This document shows, in pieces, positions 11,221 through 21,232 of a stretch of 64,000 bases of DNA. The notes beneath the pieces were generated by a model that did no database searches, was not told where the DNA came from, and worked only from the letters and a program-made list of their open reading frames with translations. Source of the stretch: a bacterium (lineage in GTDB: Bacteria > Bacteroidota > Ignavibacteria > Kapaibacteriales > UBA2268); the NCBI GenBank assembly GCA_043804925.1, contig JAZDIP010000086.1, forward strand, positions 17,644 through 81,643. Direction: 5' to 3'. The translations under genes were made by a program, and so were the position numbers. Numbering within the stretch: the first letter of the stretch is position 1; each line of letters opens with the position of its first letter.

Positions 11221-12690
11221 ATGACAGCGTTCAAAAAGATTTTTATATTGGTAATATTAATTTTACCTGATTTTCTTTATGGTCAATCTGCTTCGGGAGA
11301 TTTGACGGATTATTTCGTAACTCCTGAACTTGACACTATTGTTTTACACCGCAAACACGGACCCCTTTGGTATGGAATAATGGCAGGGGCAAATTTAAAT
11401 ATGGATATGGGGAGTGTTCAATTTTTAAGAAAACCAAATGAACCGTTTGATTCTATACTTAATAGACCTATTGAATATTTTCCAGGTTCGGGAGGTGGAT
11501 GGTTTCTTGGAGCAACCGGGGATTGGCAGCCGCCGGATTCTTATTGGGGTGTAACAATGAAAGCATATATATTGGATAAGTGGAGTAGTACTGCACTTTC
11601 ACCAACTCTTATAGATTCCATGAAATCTGAATATGACAATTTAGTGGATTTTACATATTTGACAATTTCTCCGGGTTTAAGATATAATTTTCATCCGAAT
11701 TTCCATGCTTATGCGGGTCTTGACATAGGTTTGAATTTGTCCTACACTTCCTATCTTGTAAGGAAGCATATTAATGTTGGTGACATAAAACATAATTATA
11801 TAGAAAAAGATATATACGATATGAAAATGCGTTTTGGCGGACATGCCGGCATTGCTGCCGAGTTGGTAGTTGCAGATATTGGACAAAGAATGAGACTGAT
11901 TCTCTCGCCATTTATATCGGTTCATGCAGGAACGCCGATGATTTCAGCAGAACAATCGAGTTGGAATACTATAACATTTCGTTTTGGATTGAGCATGAAA
12001 TTTAGCCCCGATGTAATCGAATATGACACATTACCTTATGTACCACAACCGGAACCTTTGCCTCCTATTCTTGCTTCTTTGAATAGGAAAAGCAATATAA
12101 AATTTCCTGGATTTTCTTTAGAATCATTTGTAATTCGCGGTGAAATGACTGCTGTTGACCGTGAAGTAATAGAAGATGAATGGAAGATAGAAACGGTTGT
12201 AGCTTACGAAGTGGGCTCAAAACCAGAGATTTTAAAAGCTATCGCTGAGAGTGTTGACATTACATTGGCAGGAACAGCTAAACCTAAGGAAAAAATTGGA
12301 GAAGCATTACCTGATATTAAATTGGTCGAGAATAAGGATGTTAGTTTCGAATTTGCCACATCTGCTTCAGTTGAAATTACAAGAGATTTGAAGAAGCACT
12401 TAAATCAGGTTGCAGTTTATATGCAAGAGAATCCGGGTGCTGTACTTGGTATCACAGGACATTCGGATGACCAGGGAACTATGGGTGAAAACCATGAAAG
12501 GTCTGTTAAAAGAGCAAATGCGGTTGTTGAATATTTAATGAAAAAAGGAATACCTAAAGCAAGATTACTTGCCAATGGTAAAGGTTCTATCGAACCGGTT
12601 GCAAGTAACAAAACCGAATCAGGCAGAAGAAAAAATAGACGGGTTGATGTTCGTATTGTCCCATCTGCGCAGGATTTGCGGAGAAGGTGA
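11221..12690 (+). CDS. OmpA-family outer-membrane protein (beta-barrel, Pro-rich linker, peptidoglycan-binding domain)
   Basis: Signal peptide; amphipathic strands; ITGHSDDQG...NHERSVKRANAVVEYL...GKGSIEPVASN...NRRVDV. Confidence 0.9.
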   Translation: MTAFKKIFILVILILPDFLYGQSASGDLTDYFVTPELDTIVLHRKHGPLWYGIMAGANLNMDMGSVQFLRKPNEPFDSILNRPIEYFPGSGGGWFLGATGDWQPPDSYWGVTMKAYILDKWSSTALSPTLIDSMKSEYDNLVDFTYLTISPGLRYNFHPNFHAYAGLDIGLNLSYTSYLVRKHINVGDIKHNYIEKDIYDMKMRFGGHAGIAAELVVADIGQRMRLILSPFISVHAGTPMISAEQSSWNTITFRFGLSMKFSPDVIEYDTLPYVPQPEPLPPILASLNRKSNIKFPGFSLESFVIRGEMTAVDREVIEDEWKIETVVAYEVGSKPEILKAIAESVDITLAGTAKPKEKIGEALPDIKLVENKDVSFEFATSASVEITRDLKKHLNQVAVYMQENPGAVLGITGHSDDQGTMGENHERSVKRANAVVEYLMKKGIPKARLLANGKGSIEPVASNKTESGRRKNRRVDVRIVPSAQDLRRR

Positions 12691-12806
12691 CAATTATGAA
12701 TAATTAATAATATTTATTTATTGCATTTTTTTATAATTTGACTAAATAAATTAGTATCCAAAGAAAATAATTATAATAATATTATAAATTAATATAAAGG
12801 AAAGAC

Positions 12807-13187
12807 ATGAGCACAAATTCTAACACGATTTGCGTTATCGAAGATAACACGCCGATAAGGAAATTATTATCAACCGTACTAGGTAAATCAGGGTACGCCG
12901 TTGTGGATTTTGGTGATGGTAGTTCGGCAATGGAATGGCTTAAGACAAATTCTCCCCTTGCTGTTCTTGTTGATTACGTATTACCCGATTTGGACGGTTC
13001 GGTAATTATTGAATTCATCCGGAACAAAACGGAAGGAGCTAAAGTACCGGTAATAGCTGTGACAGGACTTGCACAGGAAAATGATAAGGAGAAGATACTC
13101 AAACTTGGTTTCGATTCTTATATATCAAAGCCAATAGATACTGCAAATTTTGCCGGTCAGGTAAAAGAAATTATTGAAAAGAAGTAA
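12807..13187 (+). CDS. Single-domain response regulator (receiver)
   Basis: IEDN, VLVDYVLPDLDG (phospho-Asp), AVTG, ISKP. Confidence 0.92.
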   Translation: MSTNSNTICVIEDNTPIRKLLSTVLGKSGYAVVDFGDGSSAMEWLKTNSPLAVLVDYVLPDLDGSVIIEFIRNKTEGAKVPVIAVTGLAQENDKEKILKLGFDSYISKPIDTANFAGQVKEIIEKK

Positions 13188-13223
13188 AATTTAATGTAAT
13201 GTTAATCAATTGAGAAAATAAAA

Positions 13224-15440
13224 ATGGGAAAAGAACAATTTTCATTAGGAACATCATCATACGAATCGGTATTAAAGCAGTCAACCTCAGATAAGACTAC
13301 CTTTCTGAATATATCCAAGGTTTATCCTGCATATATTACATTACTGATAACTTTAATCGTGTCATTTGGATTATGGCAGTTAGTTGAAAGCCAAGTCGAA
13401 AACGAGAATACAACTTCTTTCGATAAGGCAGCTTCTTCTATTATGACCAGATTCGAAGGTGAGTATCAAAAGAACTATCAAGTATTAACTTCTGTTAGTG
13501 GTTTGTACGGTGAGTTGGTTCAGGTAGTTCGTGATTATTTTAATTTGTATGCATCTATTCCTACCAAAACACATGGCTCTTTGCAGAGTGTTATTTATTC
13601 ACCTCGTGTTGCTGACAAAGAACTGGATTTGTTTTATTACAATATCCGTTCTCAAGGTTTGTGGGAATATGTAATTCATCCCGGAGGAATAAGGGAAAAT
13701 TATTATCCCATACAATTTATTGTTCCTGAAAGCAAGCATCTCAGCGGTTTTGATTTTGGAACAAATCCTATATTGAAAAAAGCAATTTTAGATGCAATCG
13801 AATCAAAAGCTACGATTGCTACACCGATATTTAACTTTAGAAAGGACACACTTTGCTTTTTTATGATTTCACCCATTTATAAGAAAGGTGCTACCACAAC
13901 CAGTAAGGAAGAACGCAAGAAATTTTATGATGGTTCGGTAATGCTCGAAATAAATTCTAATATGTTTTTTGAAATTAGTTTGGGAACTGGAAATCAAAGT
14001 GATAGCAGCGTTATTTTCCAATGTTTAAATGTCGAGGAAAATGGTAAAAAGGATATAATTTATCAATCGAAAAACGCAGGTTTGCTAAAGACCGGATATG
14101 AACCTGAGTTGGCTGAAACAAGAACTTTAAAGATTGCCGACAAAGAGATAACCGTACAATTTTCTACGATTCCTGACTTTGGAGGTTCATTTCAAAGATA
14201 TACTCCAATTTTAACACTTGTTGTATCCTTACTATTGAGCGGACTAGCCTTTGCATTCATTTTGAATGTAATCAACAGGAAACAAAGCGCTTTGAGTTTG
14301 GCAGAACGAATGACACGGTCTCAAAGACGAATAGTTGAGTCTTCAAATGACATTATTGCCGTTTTGGATTTGGATGGTTATTGGAAATCTATGAATCCTG
14401 CATCTTCAAAAATTTTGCAGTATGAACCTGATGAATTGGTTAATCAAAAGATTGATAAACTTTTTGCAAATACTTACGAGCAAAATGATTTTTACGATTT
14501 AGTGAATCAACCATCTGAGAATTTAACTCAAAAAATAGACACACAGGTATTAAGCAAATCCGGTGAAACAAAATGGGTTAGCTGGAGCTTGTCCGTATCG
14601 AGAATCGAGGGATTAATATACATTACAGGAAGAGATGTTACTTTAGAGAAGTTTAAAGAAGAACAAGACAAGATTCGTAACAAACAGGTTATGCTTGCCG
14701 AACAATTAGCCAGAGAAGCTAATGAATTTAAAACGAACTTCTTTGCCAAACTTAGTTTACAGTTACGTAACTCTGTTGGAGGTATTTTGGGTTATCTTGA
14801 CCTTATTTCGATGAAAGCTTATGAAAATGATGCTGAACATGATTCATATATTGACGAGGCAAGCAAATCATCAAAAGAAATTTTGTCATTTGTTACATCT
14901 ACTTCTGACTCCTGGGGTACTTCCGCTGCAACCGGTACTGACAAGGATGACTTGACAATTATGACTGCTGTCAAATTAGATAAACCTTTTACAGAAATCA
15001 GTAACTTTTTTATAAAAGAACACAAAGCTGATGAAAACATTAAAATTTCTATTGATAAAGGTATTGGAAATACGATTGCAGTTGTTGATTATAAACGTTT
15101 GGTGAGTGCAGTTGAAGATATTTTGGAAGCTATGACCGAAGATGTTGATGAAGGTGAAGTTAAAATATCTGCAAAGGAACTCGATAAACAGGATTTGACT
15201 CAGGTTACAATCCAATGCCCAACAAGCGATTTGGTAAGTGAAATGGTGAAATTTTATAATGATAATATTGATAATCTTATCGATACTCTGAAAAACGATA
15301 AAAGGGACATTATTTTAAGAATTGCTTTGAGTTTGTCAAAATTCAGAATGATTAACGGTACTATGAAGATTAATCAATTAGGAAATAAAGGCAATGAAAT
15401 CATTGTTGAGTTGCAGAATAAAGTTCAAAAAGAGGAGTAA
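13224..15440 (+). CDS. Membrane CHASE-PAS sensor with degenerate histidine-kinase core
   Basis: TM, CHASE (YYPIQFIVPE..HLSGFDFG), TM, PAS (GRDVTLEK), then HisKA-like FFAKLSLQLRNSVGGILGYLDLI without His. Confidence 0.8.
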   Translation: MGKEQFSLGTSSYESVLKQSTSDKTTFLNISKVYPAYITLLITLIVSFGLWQLVESQVENENTTSFDKAASSIMTRFEGEYQKNYQVLTSVSGLYGELVQVVRDYFNLYASIPTKTHGSLQSVIYSPRVADKELDLFYYNIRSQGLWEYVIHPGGIRENYYPIQFIVPESKHLSGFDFGTNPILKKAILDAIESKATIATPIFNFRKDTLCFFMISPIYKKGATTTSKEERKKFYDGSVMLEINSNMFFEISLGTGNQSDSSVIFQCLNVEENGKKDIIYQSKNAGLLKTGYEPELAETRTLKIADKEITVQFSTIPDFGGSFQRYTPILTLVVSLLLSGLAFAFILNVINRKQSALSLAERMTRSQRRIVESSNDIIAVLDLDGYWKSMNPASSKILQYEPDELVNQKIDKLFANTYEQNDFYDLVNQPSENLTQKIDTQVLSKSGETKWVSWSLSVSRIEGLIYITGRDVTLEKFKEEQDKIRNKQVMLAEQLAREANEFKTNFFAKLSLQLRNSVGGILGYLDLISMKAYENDAEHDSYIDEASKSSKEILSFVTSTSDSWGTSAATGTDKDDLTIMTAVKLDKPFTEISNFFIKEHKADENIKISIDKGIGNTIAVVDYKRLVSAVEDILEAMTEDVDEGEVKISAKELDKQDLTQVTIQCPTSDLVSEMVKFYNDNIDNLIDTLKNDKRDIILRIALSLSKFRMINGTMKINQLGNKGNEIIVELQNKVQKEE

Positions 15441-15459
15441 TACTCAATTTGTATTTTTT

Positions 15460-15487
15460 AAAAAGCCGGTTTTAACCGGCTTTTTTT
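15460..15487. terminator. Bidirectional terminator overlapping the stop of the minus-strand gene
   Basis: AAAAAGCCGGTT-TT-AACCGGCTTTTTTT. Confidence 0.8.
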
Positions 15488-16833
15488 ATTTTCTGCAAGA
15501 ACTGTTTTACGTTTATTGGTCTAGCTATAATTTTTTTACTCCTGTCTAATAAAAACATTGTAGGTGTTGCAGAAATGTTGTAATCCTTAATTATTGGAGA
15601 ATTCCAACCCTTAAAATCACAAATGCTAGTCCACCTGTATCCATTTTCTATAATACTTATTTTAAATTGAGTAGTACTCGTATCGAGGGATATACCAACT
15701 ATTTCGAAGTTTCTTTTTTTTGTATCATTGTATATGGTATTCAGTTCTGACAATGTTTTAAAACAAAATTGACAATTGCTGTCCCAAAAAACTAATAAAA
15801 TATAATCCTTTTTTATGTCAAATAAATTTAATCCTGAATAAATTTCAAAATTTATTGCTTTATTCCCTATTGTTAATGAATTTATTTGTTCTAATTTCAT
15901 TCTTAATTCATTTGCATGTTCATTGCTAATGCAAGTTGAGTTGCTAATATACTTTTCTGCTACATAATTATATAAGTTAGAAAGATTGTATATTTCGAGG
16001 TCTTTAAGGATTTTTTCGGCAGAAATGTTAAAAATTAACTTGTTCACCGATGAGATTTCCAAAATCACATCAGCAGGAATCTTAAATACTTCCTCCTGTT
16101 CCTCCCTGCTCAATTGCGGATTATCGAATAGTGCAAAGTAATCTTCGATTTTTGACGAATATAGTGGAAAATACAAAAGAAGTGAATCGTTGAAATCAAT
16201 ATTATCCCAAAAATGTTCAGCCAAATATTGTTTTATTGATGTGATTGAATCAGATTGAATATAAGGAATTTGCTCGTAATTGATGTATTTCGATGCAATT
16301 AAGTTTGGATTTTCTTTGGTTAAATTATAAATAATTTGTTTGTTGTTTTGGCTTATACGCTTAATTTCGGTTTGTATTTCTGAGTAAAATATGTCCTGAT
16401 TTTTATAGAAAGTCAACAAATATCTCAACGTTTTTTCTCTTACTCTTTCGCGGTTTAGAATATTGTTGTACTCTAAAAAAAACTTGTTCTCATCAGATTT
16501 TGTATATTTTAATGATTCATTCAAACCATTATAATCTGCAGTTAGTTCTATATCCTCATAATTAAAAATAATATTTTCAATAACTTTGTCAGGACTTATT
16601 CTGATTTTGTAGATACCGGGATGATTTGATGAATTTAATTTAAACATAAATGAGCCATTCTGAACGATAGCAGTATCAATCAGATTATATCTTCCGTAAG
16701 AATAATCATAAAGATATGCTTTCTTGAATTCTTTGTAATTTAGAATAGTGCAGTTTATGCTGTAAGAATTTTTAGCGGCTAACTGCAAAGAAAAAAAAAC
16801 AAATAGAAATATAATTACTTTCAATATTTTCAT
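15472..16833 (-). CDS. TlpA/ResA-like thiol-disulfide oxidoreductase with long N-terminal region
   Basis: Signal peptide; LLVFWDSNCQFC (CxxC), VGISLD, YNISATPTMFLLD. Confidence 0.85.
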   Translation of the reverse strand: MKILKVIIFLFVFFSLQLAAKNSYSINCTILNYKEFKKAYLYDYSYGRYNLIDTAIVQNGSFMFKLNSSNHPGIYKIRISPDKVIENIIFNYEDIELTADYNGLNESLKYTKSDENKFFLEYNNILNRERVREKTLRYLLTFYKNQDIFYSEIQTEIKRISQNNKQIIYNLTKENPNLIASKYINYEQIPYIQSDSITSIKQYLAEHFWDNIDFNDSLLLYFPLYSSKIEDYFALFDNPQLSREEQEEVFKIPADVILEISSVNKLIFNISAEKILKDLEIYNLSNLYNYVAEKYISNSTCISNEHANELRMKLEQINSLTIGNKAINFEIYSGLNLFDIKKDYILLVFWDSNCQFCFKTLSELNTIYNDTKKRNFEIVGISLDTSTTQFKISIIENGYRWTSICDFKGWNSPIIKDYNISATPTMFLLDRSKKIIARPINVKQFLQKIKKAG

Positions 16834-16895
16834 AATATCCTTTCTGAATAATAAACAACCGACAAATTTAATGATAAATGAATAAAAAGCAAAAA

Positions 16896-19406
16896 CTATA
16901 AAGATGAAAACGAATCAATATCAATATTTAATTTAATTTTTGATGATGCAAATCGTTTGTTGTATTCGCTTAAGGCGTAGTTCAAGTATTTTCGCAGTTC
17001 CTTACCACTTGCATCATATTCTTTGATATTTTTTACGACAATCAACTTCCTGAAAAAACTTCTTATTTTATAGATATAAGGACTAAATGGCTTGTAAACA
17101 TTAATTGATTGTGATTTTTTTGGAAGCAGATTATAAAATTCCTGAGATTTTTTTTCAACTAATTGAACATCCTTTCCTGAAAATTCTATCATACAAAATC
17201 TGGAAAAAGGAGGGTAATTTGCATTTTTTCGATGTTCGATTTCATGTTCAAAGAAAGCACTATAATCATATTTTACAGCCGCATTGACTGCAAAATTTTC
17301 AGGATGGGATGTTTGGATTATGACCTCACCCGGTTTTGCTTCGGTTCTGCCTGCTCTGCCCGAAACCTGTGTAATAAGTTGAAAAGTTCGTTCAGATGCC
17401 CGAAAATCAGGTTGGTACAATTGCAAGTCCGCATTGATTACTCCAACCAAAGTTACTCTTTCAAAGTCCAAACCCTTTGCTACCATCTGTGTACCAACCA
17501 AAATGTCAGTATGACCCTGTGAAAAGTTTGTGAGAATTTCCCTGTGAGCCCCCTTGAAACCGGTGGTATCCAAATCCATTCTTTGAATAATCGGCTTAAT
17601 ATCTTTTTCACTGAAGTATGCAAATAAATCCTCTTCAATTCTTTGAGTTCCAAAACCGATTTCCGTTAGTTCGGGATTTCCACATGAAGGACATGTCGCA
17701 TGAGTGTGGTAAACTTTCCCGCAATAATGACAATGAAGCTTATCCTTTTTTTTGTGATAAGTCAAAGGAACCGAGCATTGCTCACATTCGGGAATAAATC
17801 CACAATCGGGACATTCGAGAACGGGTGCAAATCCCCGGCGGTTGAGGAAAAGAATGACACCTTCTTTTTTACTAATTTTATCTTCAATAGCAAGAAGTAA
17901 ATCTTCCGTTAATGAACCGAATAGCTTACCTACCTTTCTTGCTTCACTTGTATTGATTATTTTAATTAGCGGTAACTTTGCACCGTCGGCTCTTTCTTTT
18001 ATTTCATATAAATCATATCTACCTGTTCTTGCATTTTCCATGCTTTCGAGTGATGGAGTAGCAGACCCTAGTATGATAGCAGAGTTTTCAATTTTCGCCC
18101 TGATAATCGCCACATCTCTTGCATTGTACCTTGGTTCCGGTGCATCTTGTTTATATGATGGTTCGTGTTCCTCATCAATTATAATAAGACCAATATTTTT
18201 CAGGGGTGAGAATATAGCAGAACGAACACCTAAAACAATTTTCTTTTTGCCATCAAGAATTGATTTCCACGAGTCAAATCTGGCTCCTGCAGACATTCTG
18301 CTGTGAAATACGGCAACCTGCTCAGGAAATGTTCTTTGGAAACGGTCAATTAGTTGAGGAGTTAATGAAATTTCAGGAACAAGAATTAAAACGGTTTTTC
18401 CTTTATCCAAAACATGTTTAACAGTGTGAAAATATATAAGTGTTTTGCCGCTACCTGTTACGCCATGCAATAAGATTGGTTTGAAATTATTTTTATCAAT
18501 ATTATTCTTAATATTAGCTAAAACTGTTTCCTGCTCTGCTGTTAATTTCAATTCAATTTCATTTCGGTTACTTAAATTATTTTCGCTTGTGATTGATTCT
18601 TCACGTGGAATTTCGATTTCAATTTCCTGAATAAAATCTTTTTTGCTTAACTCTTTTACTACATTAGAACTGATTTTATAAGTTGAAGCAATATCTTTAA
18701 GAAAAACATATTTTTTTTCGCTGAGTTGGAAAAGTTTACTGAGCAATAATGCCTGCTTTGGTGCTTTTTTTTCTAAAGTTGAAATTTCATCACGAGAGTT
18801 CTGATTATTCAAAAATGAATCGGATAATTTTATTGCCTTTGCTGTTTTAGGAGCATTTTGTTTTCCGGTATAGCTTTCGACAGATACTATACCTGCTTTT
18901 TCGAGTGTTTCAATCTGAGATTTGAGTGAACTGCTGTTTAATTTTGATTCGATGAAATTTATATTCAGACTACCGCTGTGTTCTTGTAATAGCTTTAGAA
19001 TGGCAGCCCTCTTAGGTGCTTTTTGCGATATTAAATAAATATCTTCATCGGATAATTCTTTTAATAATTTTACTTTAACAACACTTTTAACCGAAAGACC
19101 TTCGGGCAATGCGGCTTTTAAAGCAATACCCCAGGAGCAAAAATAGTATTCGGAAATCCATTTTGTAAGTTTCAATAAATTTTCAGAAAGTACCGGTTCA
19201 TCATCCAAAATATTTACAATCTGTTTTAGTTTTTCATTACCGACAGATTCCAATACTTCTACAATTACACCTGAAACATTTCTTTTACCGAAGGGAACCA
19301 ATGCACGTCTGCCAAGGAGAACATCATCAAAAGGGATGTTCTCAGGGAGTGAATACGAAAACAATGTATTCATCGGAACAGGCAATGCAATTTTAACTAT
19401 TTTCAT
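16896..19406 (-). CDS. priA: Primosomal protein N'
   Basis: GVTGSGKT, LVPEISLTPQ, DEEHEPSYKQ, LNRRG, 8-Cys Zn motif, GTQMVAKGLDF, QVSGRAGR. Confidence 0.98.
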   Translation of the reverse strand: MKIVKIALPVPMNTLFSYSLPENIPFDDVLLGRRALVPFGKRNVSGVIVEVLESVGNEKLKQIVNILDDEPVLSENLLKLTKWISEYYFCSWGIALKAALPEGLSVKSVVKVKLLKELSDEDIYLISQKAPKRAAILKLLQEHSGSLNINFIESKLNSSSLKSQIETLEKAGIVSVESYTGKQNAPKTAKAIKLSDSFLNNQNSRDEISTLEKKAPKQALLLSKLFQLSEKKYVFLKDIASTYKISSNVVKELSKKDFIQEIEIEIPREESITSENNLSNRNEIELKLTAEQETVLANIKNNIDKNNFKPILLHGVTGSGKTLIYFHTVKHVLDKGKTVLILVPEISLTPQLIDRFQRTFPEQVAVFHSRMSAGARFDSWKSILDGKKKIVLGVRSAIFSPLKNIGLIIIDEEHEPSYKQDAPEPRYNARDVAIIRAKIENSAIILGSATPSLESMENARTGRYDLYEIKERADGAKLPLIKIINTSEARKVGKLFGSLTEDLLLAIEDKISKKEGVILFLNRRGFAPVLECPDCGFIPECEQCSVPLTYHKKKDKLHCHYCGKVYHTHATCPSCGNPELTEIGFGTQRIEEDLFAYFSEKDIKPIIQRMDLDTTGFKGAHREILTNFSQGHTDILVGTQMVAKGLDFERVTLVGVINADLQLYQPDFRASERTFQLITQVSGRAGRTEAKPGEVIIQTSHPENFAVNAAVKYDYSAFFEHEIEHRKNANYPPFSRFCMIEFSGKDVQLVEKKSQEFYNLLPKKSQSINVYKPFSPYIYKIRSFFRKLIVVKNIKEYDASGKELRKYLNYALSEYNKRFASSKIKLNIDIDSFSSL

Positions 19407-19525
19407 TATATTTATAATTATTATTCAATTATACAAATTTAAAGAAATTGTACATTTTTTTTGCATAATTAATTGGAATTAGTTAATATTGAGAAATTAA
19501 TTTATTAATTGTATAAAGTTAAGTT

Positions 19526-20413
19526 ATGAAAGAGCTAAAAATAATAATCATCTCAGCAATTCTTTTCTTTTGCTTTTCATTTTTAACTTATGGACAAACT
19601 CCATTCTGGAAATTGGAAAAAGATTCTATGAATTTAGCAATTCTTGAACTTGACTATCAAACTCACGAATTCATACAAGGGCATTTTTCAGTTCATAAAC
19701 CTTGTGATGATTGTGACAAAGATAGCTTGCCATTCTTAATAGACGACGTGATGAATGGTGATATAGGATACATAAAATTTCTATATTTTGAAAATAACGA
19801 ACAAGTATTCCATGGAAGTGTTATTTTTTTGGGAACTGGAAAAATAAAATTTCCACCTTCATTTTTTCCAAAAGACTCTTTTAGATTTTCCACAGGAATT
19901 TGTTCGCCACCTCAATCTATCAAGTACTATAAAATTTTATTTTACTCAATTGGTGATTATAGCGATTTTAATGGTAACATAGCATGGCAAGGAATTCAAA
20001 ATTTGGAAATAATAAAAGATTTTGCAAAAAATCCATATAGAATTGGTATATATTTATACCCTCCTGCTGTTGGGCCTTTTGAACCTGAAAATGCTAGATG
20101 GATTATATTTGTATACCAAGGCAAATTAACTCCTAATAGTGTCGATGATGTTAATATGGGAATTACAAATATTTATCCCAATCCCTTCTCCGAATCAACA
20201 ACAATTCATTACAATCTTGATGAACCTGCTCTAGTCAGTATTAATATTTACAATTCTTTTGGGAGTAAGATTTGTAATGCTGTCAATGAATATCAGGAAA
20301 GCGGAGAGCAGAAATTTGTCTTTGACAGAAGGAATTATCCGTCGGGATTGTATTTTTATACGATTCAAATTAGTGATAGAGTTGAAAGCGGGAAAATGGT
20401 TATAATTAAGTGA
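19526..20413 (+). CDS. Secreted protein: uncharacterised N-terminal domain plus T9SS CTD
   Basis: Signal peptide; C-terminal IYPNPFSESTTIHY...IYNSFG...PSGLYFYTI...GKMVIIK. Confidence 0.8.
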   Translation: MKELKIIIISAILFFCFSFLTYGQTPFWKLEKDSMNLAILELDYQTHEFIQGHFSVHKPCDDCDKDSLPFLIDDVMNGDIGYIKFLYFENNEQVFHGSVIFLGTGKIKFPPSFFPKDSFRFSTGICSPPQSIKYYKILFYSIGDYSDFNGNIAWQGIQNLEIIKDFAKNPYRIGIYLYPPAVGPFEPENARWIIFVYQGKLTPNSVDDVNMGITNIYPNPFSESTTIHYNLDEPALVSINIYNSFGSKICNAVNEYQESGEQKFVFDRRNYPSGLYFYTIQISDRVESGKMVIIK

Positions 20414-20445
20414 AAAATGAATAGTGAATAGTGAAAAATGAATAA
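20411..20445 (+). repeat. Heptamer tandem repeat (TGAAAAA/TGAATAG) starting at a stop codon
   Basis: tgaaaaa tgaatag tgaatag tgaaaaa tgaataa. Confidence 0.8.
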
Positions 20446-20471
20446 TTTAATTGTTACTTTCTTGAAGTTCC

Positions 20472-20488
20472 AAACTTTCGGAAAGTTT
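20472..20488. repeat. REP-like palindrome
   Basis: AAACTTTC-G-GAAAGTTT, preceded by a degenerate half copy. Confidence 0.55.
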
Positions 20489-20504
20489 TCTGAAAAAAGA
20501 TAAA

Positions 20505-20729
20505 TTATAATTTTATAAATTCTTCGGTTGTTAAGCCCATTTGGTTGATGATTGCTTTCAAAGTACCTTTTTTAATTGTCCCGGGATGGTTTGGTATAGT
20601 TGTTCTGAATTTTTTTTCGGGATTGTACCAGATTTCATGACTGCCTTTTGCTTGCCTGTCAAAAACAAAACCGGCAGCTTTAAGTTTTTTTATTAAGTCT
20701 TTATATGTAATACCACCAAGAATGCTCAT
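20505..20729 (-). CDS. hicA: HicA-family mRNA interferase toxin
   Basis: LKAAGFVFDRQAKGSHEIW...TIPNHPGTIKKGTLKAII. Confidence 0.93.
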   Translation of the reverse strand: MSILGGITYKDLIKKLKAAGFVFDRQAKGSHEIWYNPEKKFRTTIPNHPGTIKKGTLKAIINQMGLTTEEFIKL

Positions 20730-20983
20730 AATGCAACAGCAACAGGAATTCTTAATTTCATTTTTTTTGAGTTCCTATCTATTTGATTTTGAATTTTTAC
20801 AGGTAATGGGTCATTATGTTCAATATATGATTCGATTAGTTTCCGTGCTACATCTTGTGCGATTTCCTGAGCTTCCGAATAAGTTCTGCCTTCAGCCAAT
20901 AAGCCGGGTAAATCATCAGACAAAGCAAGAAATCCACCTTCTTCGAGCGGTTCTATTTTTATGTCAATTACTATGTTTGTCAT
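20726..20983 (-). CDS. hicB: Short HicB-family antitoxin
   Basis: EEGGFLALSDDLPGLLAEGRTYSEA...DPLP; ATGA overlap with hicA. Confidence 0.9.
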   Translation of the reverse strand: MTNIVIDIKIEPLEEGGFLALSDDLPGLLAEGRTYSEAQEIAQDVARKLIESYIEHNDPLPVKIQNQIDRNSKKMKLRIPVAVAL

Positions 20984-21060
20984 ATTCAGTCCTTCCTTTT
21001 ATCTATATAACATTGCAAAATTAAATAAATTGTATTATTTTTTTGAATTATTTTTTCATT

Positions 21061-21112
21061 GAGTCGTTTGTTACAACCGATTCCTCTTGCTGCCAGTTGT
21101 AACAACTGACAG
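21061..21112. repeat. Pair of 23-bp REP-like palindromes
   Basis: GAGTCGTTTGT-T-ACAACCGATTC and CTGCCAGTTGT-A-ACAACTGACAG; cores TTGTTACAAC/GTTGTAACAA are mutually inverted. Confidence 0.65.
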
Positions 21113-21232
21113 AACGGTATAATGTAAATTATGTTTAGAGAATAAGGTTTGACTTTTTTTAGGTAAATTTGAAATATATGTAAATTACAATTACTTAAAA
21201 CATTTAATAATTAGGATAATAAGAAAGTTTTA

